From contig SKIC01000178.1 in NCBI GenBank assembly GCA_007116685.1, positions 1-41,167 of the forward strand: 41,167 nt of DNA, given 5' to 3'. The position numbers and the translations under genes are program-made. The notes below the pieces were generated by a model. The model worked only from the letters and a program-made list of their open reading frames with translations, ran no database searches and was not told the origin of the DNA. Shown here piece after piece: positions 1-7,912 of the stretch; within the stretch, counting starts at the first letter, position 1; the number at the start of each line of letters is the position of its first letter. The DNA is from Balneolales bacterium. Its GTDB lineage: Bacteria; Bacteroidota; Rhodothermia; Balneolales; Natronogracilivirgulaceae.

Positions 1-37
1 ATCTCTTGGGAAAAAGTCGGGATCTTCGCTGGCCATA
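1..37 (-). repeat. 37-nt exact duplicate of an internal segment of the M28 peptidase gene (identical to 3563..3599). On the minus strand it reads ATG GCC AGC ... = MASEDPDFFPRD and runs off the left edge.
   Basis: Direct string comparison: atctcttgggaaaaagtcgggatcttcgctggccata is present at 1..37 and 3563..3599. Identity breaks at 38 versus 3600. The left extent is unknown because of the window edge. Confidence 0.9.
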
Positions 38-52
38 ATTTGTAATGTTATT

Positions 53-82
53 AAAAGCCCCTGGTTGATTTCAGGGGCTTTT
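53..82 (-). terminator. Intrinsic terminator hairpin downstream of the SpoIIE-family gene, possibly bidirectional
   Basis: aaaagcccctg (53-63) pairs with caggggctttt (72-82) around an 8-nt loop. A/T runs lie on both sides, and it sits 36 nt past the stop codon at 118. Confidence 0.6.
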
Positions 83-117
83 AAATTTTTTAGGGCTGAA
101 TCGCTTAAACCTCGAAA

Positions 118-3100
118 TCAGGTTGGCTGCTTTTTGTGAATAAGTACGAATGTAAGATCATCTTCGAGCTCGTTACTTTCGCCAGCCCACTTTTTCCTGA
201 ATTCCTCCAAATCCTGAATGACATTGCTTACGCTTTCTTTCGGGTGATTTTGCAGAAATTCCAAAACAGCATCATATCCGAGTGTTTCGCCTTTTTTATT
301 GCGGGTTTCCACCAATCCGTCACTCACGCATAGCACAAAATCTCCGGAATGGAATTCTATTTCTTTCTGATCGTAAACAGCACCGAAAATGGCGCCCAAT
401 GGTAATCCAATTAATGTCAATTCTGACACTTTTTCTTCTCTTGCAGAAAAATGATAAACCGGTGGCATTCCGGCAGATGAAATAGTCAGGCTTTTATCAT
501 CAATCCTGATAATAGAAAGTGCCATATTCAATTTACTGCGGTTTACGGATTTCAACACCTCGTTAATTTGTCGTAATCCATCTTTTGGACTTTCCGCCAC
601 TATAGAATTCAACGCTGTTTTTGTGATACTCACCATCATACCGGCAGCCGTTCCGTGTCCTGATGCGTCACCAATTACAACGTATCGAGCGCCATCATGT
701 CCCTCAATGAAATCGTAGTAATCTCCTCCCACTTCAGTAGCCGTTTCCATTTCGTAAATAATTTCAACATCCTTCCAATCCGGATGTGATGAGGGCAATA
801 AACTCAGCTGGAAATCACGCGCATCGGCAAGTTCGTTGTTTAACCTGATTTCCTCCAACCGACGTTTTTCTTCTTCAAATTCTTTTCTTAGAGCGCGCTC
901 AACAAATGAGGAGCGTATCTGGAGGATTAATCCAACAAATCCTATAAAAAAGAGGATATATATAATATATGCCGTTGTTGTAAAATAGATGGGTGGTTCG
1001 ATTGTGAACGCATAAACAAAAGGCTCACTTTTTTGCTGAAACAAATCGACGCTTTGAATATGGAAGCGGTAAGAGCCGTGTCTCAGGTTATTATATTCTT
1101 TATGCTTATCTGTTGTCCACTCTGACCAGTCCTCATATCCTTCCAGTTTAAACCGATAAAACAGTGCAGATGGTACATTTACCGGTGTAGTTGCGAATTC
1201 AAAATGGAGCTCCCTGGTACCCGCTGGAAATGATTCCGGGCGAACATGATAAGCGTATGTAACTGTTGAATCCAAAATTGCACGAATTCTGTTCAAATGA
1301 ACTTCTGGCTGAGGAACTCTGAATTCAGGTATTTCCGATTTTACTTTCCACAGAACTGGTGAAGGGCCGGATAAAAAGATATACTCCTCATTGGCAAACA
1401 TATCTGTAATTCTTTCGCTTCGAGACTGTGTTTTTCTGTAAAATGCATCGCTATGTGACGCGCGAAACCACTTTCCGTCCTCATACCCTGCTTCAATTAT
1501 AAAATTGTTTGAATTTAGTAACCATCGATTTGCACCCGGTACTTTCACGAATGAATATACTCGCGGATAAAATTCCTGATATAAACTTCGACCGTCACTT
1601 AACGTGATCATTCGGTTATATCCTTCAAAAACGGCGTTTATCCCGGATTTTTGGCTTATATTCAATTCACCATGATCATCAAATTGAATAGTTCTGGCTG
1701 GCTCAAAATTAAAGAACAACATATCTTCATTGTGGATATGATGCACAAATATTGCTCCATCCGGCAGGTCATCACGAGTGTATATCTGACTATCCTGAAT
1801 TTCGAAATAACTTTTACTTTTATCCTGAATGAGATGATGGATACTTCTGTCTAATCCCACAAGCAGAATGTCTCTGTTTTGCGTTTGCAGAACACTATAA
1901 ATACGGCTGTCACCGCTGTCATACGAAGCTCTTTTCTCCCATTCATCGCCCACTTTTCTGTAGACTCGAATTTCTGTGTTGAATGATGCCAAAATTTCTT
2001 TGTATTCAGATTCCAAGTGGATGACTGCAAAAGCCGAACCACGATCAATAATTTCTATTTTGCCGCTTGATGGCGTATACGATGCCAAATTGGGATTTCC
2101 ACCGACAATCAGCTCATCTTCCAGTGCCAAAAGTGAAAAAGCCTGATGGCCAATGTCTTCTTTTCGCGGGTGGATCTTCACTTGCTTATCAACCAAATAT
2201 GCCAAACCAACACTTTTTGCCATATATATGGTATCTCCAAGCTGAGTAATTTGATTTATGGAGCTGCTGATATTGCTTTCCCGCCCTGCTTTGCGAATTG
2301 GGATGCCATAATCGATTCGATAAATCCCAAGGTTTGTTCCCGCCCAAAACGACCCATCCTGAGCCGTATAAATGAAATACACATTATTCGTCTGCAGGAT
2401 ATTCTCCGAATGATAATGTTCGAGAATTTTGCCATCCGGGCTCATTATATAAATTCCGTTCAGCGCTGTTGCTACGGCGATATTGCCATCCGTCAAAACG
2501 GCAGCATGTGCGGCATTTACATCTTCCCAATATGCGTCGAGTTCCGTTGGAAAAAGTGACATATCATTATCTGATATGCGAAGAAATCCCTGATAACGCA
2601 CCAAAACCAATGTATCCTGTAAAGCTGTGACCAATCCGGCATGCATCACCGTACTTTGAATTTTATCAGAATTATTAAGCTTGATGGCTTCGTTATTTTC
2701 AATGGCATAAATACCATTTACTCCTGTTTTCGTGGTAAAAATGCGATCACCGATGTTCAGAACATGCAAGAAATCATGATCAAACCGAATGGCATCAAGC
2801 TCTCCTGTTGGGATGTGGTAACGATATAAATACTCATAGGAGTTAAAATGAATATAATCACCATATTCAAAAATCCGCCAAATTTGATTAAAGCTGCTAA
2901 TTTCTTCCGGTAATCGGGTGTGAAGTGGTTCGAAATACGGAAATCCGAACTCATCATAGGCGATATAACCAAAACTTCGAATCCCACCAGCATAGATTCT
3001 GTTATCTGAAGCATGTTTGACTATCCGCGTACCTGCCCCGCCCGGCACTTGAATTCTCAGCCATCTTGAGCCATCAAATTTCAGAATTCCGTGAAATGCA

Positions 3101-3294
3101 TTGGCGAAGTATAAAAATCCCTGATCGTTTCGAGTAACGGTTAAAATCTGAGCATGGCCGTCATAATCCTCTCTGTCATAATGCTCAACATAGGGATACC
3201 CAATTTTATATTGTGCTTTTGAGTTTTCTGCGAAGGATACATTCAATACCAGTACAAAAACGAACAGCCAAATTGAGATTTCAGATTTTTCCAT
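118..3294 (-). CDS. Membrane-bound SpoIIE/PP2C-family serine phosphatase with a periplasmic beta-propeller plus Y_Y_Y sensor region
   Basis: 1058-aa ORF with an N-terminal signal-like helix and a long propeller-like region. A Y_Y_Y-type segment (YRFKLEGYEDWSEW...HGSYRFHIQSVD) is followed by one TM helix (YIIYILFFIGFVGLIL) and a coiled coil. The C-terminal PP2C/SpoIIE motifs are GGDYYDF, GDASGHG and CVSDGLVE. Confidence 0.85.
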   Translation of the reverse strand: MEKSEISIWLFVFVLVLNVSFAENSKAQYKIGYPYVEHYDREDYDGHAQILTVTRNDQGFLYFANAFHGILKFDGSRWLRIQVPGGAGTRIVKHASDNRIYAGGIRSFGYIAYDEFGFPYFEPLHTRLPEEISSFNQIWRIFEYGDYIHFNSYEYLYRYHIPTGELDAIRFDHDFLHVLNIGDRIFTTKTGVNGIYAIENNEAIKLNNSDKIQSTVMHAGLVTALQDTLVLVRYQGFLRISDNDMSLFPTELDAYWEDVNAAHAAVLTDGNIAVATALNGIYIMSPDGKILEHYHSENILQTNNVYFIYTAQDGSFWAGTNLGIYRIDYGIPIRKAGRESNISSSINQITQLGDTIYMAKSVGLAYLVDKQVKIHPRKEDIGHQAFSLLALEDELIVGGNPNLASYTPSSGKIEIIDRGSAFAVIHLESEYKEILASFNTEIRVYRKVGDEWEKRASYDSGDSRIYSVLQTQNRDILLVGLDRSIHHLIQDKSKSYFEIQDSQIYTRDDLPDGAIFVHHIHNEDMLFFNFEPARTIQFDDHGELNISQKSGINAVFEGYNRMITLSDGRSLYQEFYPRVYSFVKVPGANRWLLNSNNFIIEAGYEDGKWFRASHSDAFYRKTQSRSERITDMFANEEYIFLSGPSPVLWKVKSEIPEFRVPQPEVHLNRIRAILDSTVTYAYHVRPESFPAGTRELHFEFATTPVNVPSALFYRFKLEGYEDWSEWTTDKHKEYNNLRHGSYRFHIQSVDLFQQKSEPFVYAFTIEPPIYFTTTAYIIYILFFIGFVGLILQIRSSFVERALRKEFEEEKRRLEEIRLNNELADARDFQLSLLPSSHPDWKDVEIIYEMETATEVGGDYYDFIEGHDGARYVVIGDASGHGTAAGMMVSITKTALNSIVAESPKDGLRQINEVLKSVNRSKLNMALSIIRIDDKSLTISSAGMPPVYHFSAREEKVSELTLIGLPLGAIFGAVYDQKEIEFHSGDFVLCVSDGLVETRNKKGETLGYDAVLEFLQNHPKESVSNVIQDLEEFRKKWAGESNELEDDLTFVLIHKKQPT

Positions 3295-3469
3295 AGTTCA
3301 ATATTTGCGGCACTATTGTAAAGTTTGGCTTTGTCAGTCTATTTGATTTGCAATTTGATCATTAATATTGACAAGATTTATGGCTGCCACACAATTTAAA
3401 AATTTTGCAGCAGCCATACTTTAGGGATTTGACGCCTGATCAGAATCTACAACTCAGGCAAAAACGAAA

Positions 3470-5035
3470 TTAATCGTCAAGCCCACCCCTTCTGTTGGGT
3501 TCGCGTTGTGCCGGCCATTCCATAATTTCTCCGGTTCTTGGATGTGGAGGCATCACACGACGATCTCTTGGGAAAAAGTCGGGATCTTCGCTGGCCATAT
3601 AGGCCAATGTTGCGATAAGAATCACGTTATTTTTGAGATCATCCCAAACGAGTTTGTCGTAGGTATCTAAGGTTGTATGCCATGTGTAGCTCCAATAATC
3701 CCAACTTAAAGAACGAAGCGAAAAGCCGGGTGCTCCCGCAGTTACAAAAGAGGCGTGGTCAGTTCCACCTCCACTCGGCATACCGGGGAAATCGGTATCA
3801 ATGTGGCGACGTACATCCTGAGGAACCGCATGTAACCAACGTGTCATAAACTCATAGGAGTGCAAGAAGCCTTGTCCGCCAATATCAACAACTCTTCCGG
3901 TTCCATTATCCTGATTAAATAAAGCCTGAAGACCTTCAACCACATCAGGATTATCTTCCACAAATGCTCTGGAGCCGTTCAATCCCTGCTCTTCTGAACC
4001 CCATAAGCCCACTTTAATTGTTCTTTTTGGCTCAGGATAAACTTCTTTCAGAATTCGCATCACTTCAAGCATTGTAATCGAACCCGTTCCATTATCCGTT
4101 GCGCCCGTTGCTCCATCCCAGGAATCAAAGTGAGCAGACAACATCACATACTCATCCGGCTTTTCTGTTCCGGGGATAACACCAATAGTGTTAAATGTAG
4201 GCATCTCACCCAAACTTCTCGATTCAGCACGCACACGGATTTTTGGATCTGCACCACTTTCTACCAAGCGATATAACATTCCATAATCTTCGAGCTGAAT
4301 ATCAAGATGTGGGATGTTTCGCGTTTGCGCACCGAAAATTCGATTGCTGCCAAAACCTCTGGACCATAAAGACTGTACGATTCCAATGGCACCCGCATCT
4401 TCCAAAGCTCTGATCATCTGGCGGTTGTTATGGCCCGTTGCTCTCATTCGCGCATTCCATGCAGCGGTTAACGAATCACGATACGCTTTGAAGTTTTCAA
4501 ATGATTCTTCGGTAGCCCATTCTTCCCAATTATAATCAGGTCGGCCACTTGGCTGATGCATGGAAATCATCACAAATTTACCACGAACATTAGGCAGCCA
4601 GTTAACAAATTCGAGGGAATCGGCAACTTCCGGTATGATGATTAAACCACCTTCGTTTGGTCGTCGGCCGGTTGTAGGGCTCCATGCCAGTTGCATCCCA
4701 CGCAAGGAAACCACACGTGGTTCCAGCATATCGATATGGGTGATGCCACGTTCCCAACCACGCCACACTCCAAATTGCTCGTTATAGGCTTCGATGCCCC
4801 AGCTTTTCATTTTTTCAACTCCCCAATCGTGGGCTTTTTGTTGTTGAGGCGTACCCACCAGGCGCGGACCAATAACATCCATCAAATGATGGCCTAAATC
4901 TTTGAGTTGCGAATTTTCAGTAGCTTCTTGCACTATCCGTTGAACAACTTCCTCGGTGGTTTGTGCTTGCATGGGCACAGTCCAGAGCAATAGAAGTATA
5001 AAAACACTTGAAATTTTACTTTTCATAGCAATCAT
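3470..5035 (-). CDS. Secreted M28-family metallopeptidase (aminopeptidase-like)
   Basis: 521-aa ORF with a signal peptide (VFILLLLWTVPMQAQ). M28-type metal-ligand context is present: SAHFDSWDGATGATDNGTG, GLWGSEEQGLNGS and GGGTDHASF. Confidence 0.85.
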   Translation of the reverse strand: MIAMKSKISSVFILLLLWTVPMQAQTTEEVVQRIVQEATENSQLKDLGHHLMDVIGPRLVGTPQQQKAHDWGVEKMKSWGIEAYNEQFGVWRGWERGITHIDMLEPRVVSLRGMQLAWSPTTGRRPNEGGLIIIPEVADSLEFVNWLPNVRGKFVMISMHQPSGRPDYNWEEWATEESFENFKAYRDSLTAAWNARMRATGHNNRQMIRALEDAGAIGIVQSLWSRGFGSNRIFGAQTRNIPHLDIQLEDYGMLYRLVESGADPKIRVRAESRSLGEMPTFNTIGVIPGTEKPDEYVMLSAHFDSWDGATGATDNGTGSITMLEVMRILKEVYPEPKRTIKVGLWGSEEQGLNGSRAFVEDNPDVVEGLQALFNQDNGTGRVVDIGGQGFLHSYEFMTRWLHAVPQDVRRHIDTDFPGMPSGGGTDHASFVTAGAPGFSLRSLSWDYWSYTWHTTLDTYDKLVWDDLKNNVILIATLAYMASEDPDFFPRDRRVMPPHPRTGEIMEWPAQREPNRRGGLDD

Positions 5036-5172
5036 TATTGAATTGAAGTGACATAAGACCCTGAGTTAACTCATTTCTAACAGGCTTAATTTTCAAGTTT
5101 TTAAAATGGGCTTTCTGAGAGTAAAATAAAATGCTCTAAATGTAAATTTATGGCATGGGTGGATTTTCAATA

Positions 5173-5213
5173 ACGGGCTGCCGCCATTTCAGGTGAGGTG
5201 CTATTGATGTTGG
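5173..5213 (+). repeat. Partial copy (module M3) of the intergenic repeat family and left member of a 41-nt direct repeat with 6678..6718
   Basis: acgggctgccgccatttcaggtgagGTgctattgatgTtgg compared with 6678..6718 gives 38/41 identical, with the first 25 nt exact. Confidence 0.85.
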
Positions 5214-5538
5214 GCTTTCAGTGCGTTGCGTAGGGAGTTAGACTCTTTGACCCCTTTGACACTTTGCGCACGAAGTCCAGCGGAAAAACCGGATAGAGTT
5301 TGGAAGTTTAGCCACAGGGTAAGAGTAGTTTAGCCCCCGTGTAAAGGAATTCCCCAAAAACTATCCAGCCGACGCGGTTTGCTGATGCGCTTGTACCCCG
5401 CCCGCGGCTAGAATATTCCGCGCTTTGGGGCTATTAATATGAAATGGTATACTGAGAATACAATCGAAGCAATTCTGAAATTCGGTTCAGGTCGTTTCCT
5501 CTGTGGGCAAAAAGTTTCAAGCGTTTTGCGAATATTCT

Positions 5539-5871
5539 TTATTCAATGATCAAAAATGATGAGGATTGGTCATTGGCAAAAGTTGTGATTGTTTTATGAA
5601 GCTTTATCAGTAGGGAAATTATGGTGGCTGTGGAACAATTTCCGGTTTTAATCCAGATTACTTTTGGCGGGTGACCCAACACAAAACTGCGTTGATGGAA
5701 ATCGGAATCTTTCGAAATAATCAGATAATTACTGCGCTTAGCATATTCCCAAATAGATTCATCTGAGGCTTCAGACATCTCCAAGTCCTTTACATGCAAA
5801 GAATCCGGGTACAGATGTAATAACGTATCTTTTACCTGATGAGATATATTTTGATCAAATAATAATTTCAC
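5539..5871 (-). CDS. DUF5615-family PIN-like (Mut7-C type) putative toxin
   Basis: 110 aa. The MKLLFDQNIS start and the ...SDESIWEYAKRSNYLIISKDSDF pattern are typical of DUF5615. There is a 4-nt overlap with the upstream DUF433 gene. Confidence 0.75.
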   Translation of the reverse strand: MKLLFDQNISHQVKDTLLHLYPDSLHVKDLEMSEASDESIWEYAKRSNYLIISKDSDFHQRSFVLGHPPKVIWIKTGNCSTATIISLLIKLHKTITTFANDQSSSFLIIE

Positions 5872-6092
5872 GCTGAAATTTTCGTCAATTCTCGCTCTCT
5901 GTGGGCGGCAAATGCGATACAGGCTTTGATGTCATCTTCGGTAAGTTCAGGAAAATCAGCAATGATATCCGAATGTGACATTCCGGAGGCAAGATACTCG
6001 AGAATATCATAAACCGTAATCCGCATACCACGGATACAGGGTTTTCCACCACGCTTATTTGCTTCGATAGTTATGTGTTTCCTGAAATCCAT
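5868..6092 (-). CDS. DUF433-family putative antitoxin
   Basis: 74 aa. GGKPCIRGMRITVYDILEYLASGMSHSDIIADFPELTEDDIKACIAFA matches the DUF433 signature. It is translationally coupled to the DUF5615 gene. Confidence 0.8.
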   Translation of the reverse strand: MDFRKHITIEANKRGGKPCIRGMRITVYDILEYLASGMSHSDIIADFPELTEDDIKACIAFAAHRERELTKISA

Positions 6093-6573
6093 CGTTGATT
6101 GTATATGATCAAATTGTGGTCGTTAAAGTACAATATAATGCATAACGATTAAAACCAGAAATTGCGCTCTTCGAAAAGTATTCTAAGGTTTTGATGATCA
6201 TGAGCGAAACTCAAAAATAATTTCGAAAATCATTTCCTAATTCGTAATCCTAGCAGGGAGAAATCGGGCTGCTAATCAATAGCTATCAGTTTGCCCGTAA
6301 AACGTAATCCTGGTAGCACAGGGTAAACGTAGCGCTGTGTATTTCTAGCAATCAGGATAAACTTCTGTTATATGACTGGCATGTGCCGGTCGACAAAGAA
6401 TGAACGATATTGGGTGATTATTTGGGATTGTCTATTTGGTTATGTAACCGTTTCCTGGTGAGATGCAGCGTTTTTTGGTATAGTCCCAGTTAATTGTACA
6501 AACTACTATCTATGATAAATCCGAAAAGCCATTTTACCTTGAATCTCAGCCTAGAGGTTGTGGGCAGGTCAAC

Positions 6574-6866
6574 GTTTCGGACAGCCGCTTGGTTGTTCGC
6601 TATTTTTTAAACTTACGGATTTGGTTGCTATGGACTGACCATCGCTTTTTCTTTTTTTGCGACAGCCCGAAGTAGCTACGGGCTGCCGCCATTTCAGGTG
6701 AGACGCTATTGATGCTGGATGCAGACTCTGTAGTTATAGCACGATTGGGATAAACAAAGGCGGCTGTCCGAAATTGTTGAATAACATCCAGATTTTTTAC
6801 TCGAGTTGTACCATTTCGCAGTCGGGACGACTGCTTTTTTGGGGCCGGACGTCGGGGGCGACGTCC
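6574..6866 (+). repeat. Full-length copy B of a structured intergenic repeat element (modules M1, 68-nt spacer, M2, M3, M4, terminator hairpin, second hairpin)
   Basis: M1 gtttcggacagccgc lies at 6574-6588 and M2 ttgcgacagcccgaagtagct at 6657-6677. M3 acgggctgccgccatttcaggtgag lies at 6678-6702. The inverted partner of M1, gcggctgtccgaaa, lies at 6760-6773. M2 and M3 form an 11-bp stem with one mismatch. The element aligns along its length with 13685..13872. Confidence 0.8.
6818..6840 (+). terminator. Intrinsic terminator inside repeat copy B
   Basis: gcagtcg-gga-cgactgc is followed by TTTTTT. The same 7-bp stem with a different loop occurs at 13823..13846. A second GC hairpin ggacgtcg-gggg-cgacgtcc follows at 6847-6866. 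Confidence 0.6.
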
Positions 6867-6949
6867 TAGGTGTTGTGGGGTATTAAAGCTGGTTTTATGG
6901 CGGACTACATCGGAATTGAAATTCTGATGTCTTGAGTTCGGAATATTAA

Positions 6950-7333
6950 TTATAGCTTGGTGTCAACTACGGGGCTGAAATATGGGCTTAATGCAATCAT
7001 AATTATTAAAACAATTATTGCTATGGTCCATAGCCTTCTTTTACTCTGCTTGTTTTGGTTACCCCGCTTGCCCATAACCATACTGAGTATCCAATTCCAA
7101 TGTAAAAACAGGTGAATAAACATCATTGCCACAAAAAATACAGATAGCCAGAGGTGTATATCACCCCAAGCATGCCTGTTCATTCCCCAAATTTCAAGGT
7201 GTCCGGAGCCTGGCGGCAGCGTAAAATACATTAGGAAACCGGTTGATATTATAAAAACCAAGAGTACTAAGGCTGAGGAATTGATAATAAAATTAAGAGT
7301 AGATTTTTTCATGATACTTCTCACTTTAATCAC
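6950..7333 (-). CDS. Small integral membrane protein, DUF4405-like
   Basis: 127 aa with 3-4 hydrophobic helices. Conserved-looking His residues lie in WGDIHLWLSVFFVAMMFIHLFLHWNW. The family call is from memory only. Confidence 0.5.
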   Translation of the reverse strand: MIKVRSIMKKSTLNFIINSSALVLLVFIISTGFLMYFTLPPGSGHLEIWGMNRHAWGDIHLWLSVFFVAMMFIHLFLHWNWILSMVMGKRGNQNKQSKRRLWTIAIIVLIIMIALSPYFSPVVDTKL

Positions 7334-7500
7334 ATATAGATATACAATATTAGACGCAGGCTGAAGTATTTGGTTGATAAAAACCTTGTTATTTCTGCTG
7401 TATAATAGATTTCTATGGAATCAAACTGTCTCGAAAAAGCTATTAGGATAACATAGATATCTTTAATTGATAGAATTTATTAAGTCATCTAAATAATTTA

Positions 7501-7516
7501 ATCGTATATTTACGAT
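7501..7516. promoter_or_regulatory. Candidate ArsR operator (6-4-6 palindrome) just upstream of arsR
   Basis: atcgta-tatt-tacgat ends 20 nt upstream of the arsR ATG at 7536. ArsR/SmtB repressors typically bind inverted repeats that overlap their own promoter. Confidence 0.3.
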
Positions 7517-7535
7517 ATATATTAAATTTATTGAT

Positions 7536-7871
7536 ATGTCTTTAACCAAAGCAGTCCTCTTCAATACAGGTCAAATACGGGTGGCAGAACTGGCTAAGGC
7601 TATTTCGCATCCTGCACGAATTGCCATTCTCGAATTTCTAGCAAAACATGAAACTTGCATTTGCGGTGATATTACCGAGGAATTGCCTTTGGCTCAATCT
7701 ACTGTGTCACAACATCTAAAGGCTTTGAAAAAAGCCGGTATCATCAAAGGTACTATCGATGGGGTACGAACCTGCTATTGTCTAAATGAGGATGTTGTAG
7801 ATGAGATGAAATGTTTAACGGATGTATTAATGCAAGAACTGGCTAAACCAACCCAATCTGATTATTGTTAA
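7536..7871 (+). CDS. arsR: ArsR/SmtB-family metalloregulatory transcriptional repressor
   Basis: 111 aa. It has a winged-HTH (LAQSTVSQHLKALKKAGII) preceded by the metal-site motif ETCICGD, and lies directly upstream of an ACR3 gene. Confidence 0.9.
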   Translation: MSLTKAVLFNTGQIRVAELAKAISHPARIAILEFLAKHETCICGDITEELPLAQSTVSQHLKALKKAGIIKGTIDGVRTCYCLNEDVVDEMKCLTDVLMQELAKPTQSDYC

Positions 7872-7912
7872 GTTTTTGTGCCCAATTATCATAATAGTAA
7901 GGAGTTGTAGTT

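Noticed and set aside
5214-5538. A GC-richer noncoding stretch with several possible long-range pairings (tagcccc at 5329 with ggggcta at 5427; agccg.cg.gg with cccgcggct). I checked it against known housekeeping RNAs and riboswitches.
   Set aside because: There is no tmRNA or tRNA-like T-arm, no RNase P P4 motif (GGAAAGUCCGGGC), no SRP domain IV motif, and no cobalamin, TPP or SAM cores that I can recognise. The pairings are short and unsupported by a second copy. I leave it as unexplained noncoding DNA inside the TA cassette finding.
6567-6787. Possible integron attC site or CALIN. In copy B the inverted repeat is flanked by GGTCAAC on the left and GTTGAAT on the right, resembling the R-double-prime (RYYYAAC) and R-prime (GTTRRRY) boxes with a bulge.
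   Set aside because: The flanking boxes are not conserved in copy D (TCTCAAG / ATTGTGG) or copy C. Copy B would be about 220 nt, longer than typical attC sites, and no intI is in the window. It is worth a HattCI/IntegronFinder run, but I do not support it from the sequence.
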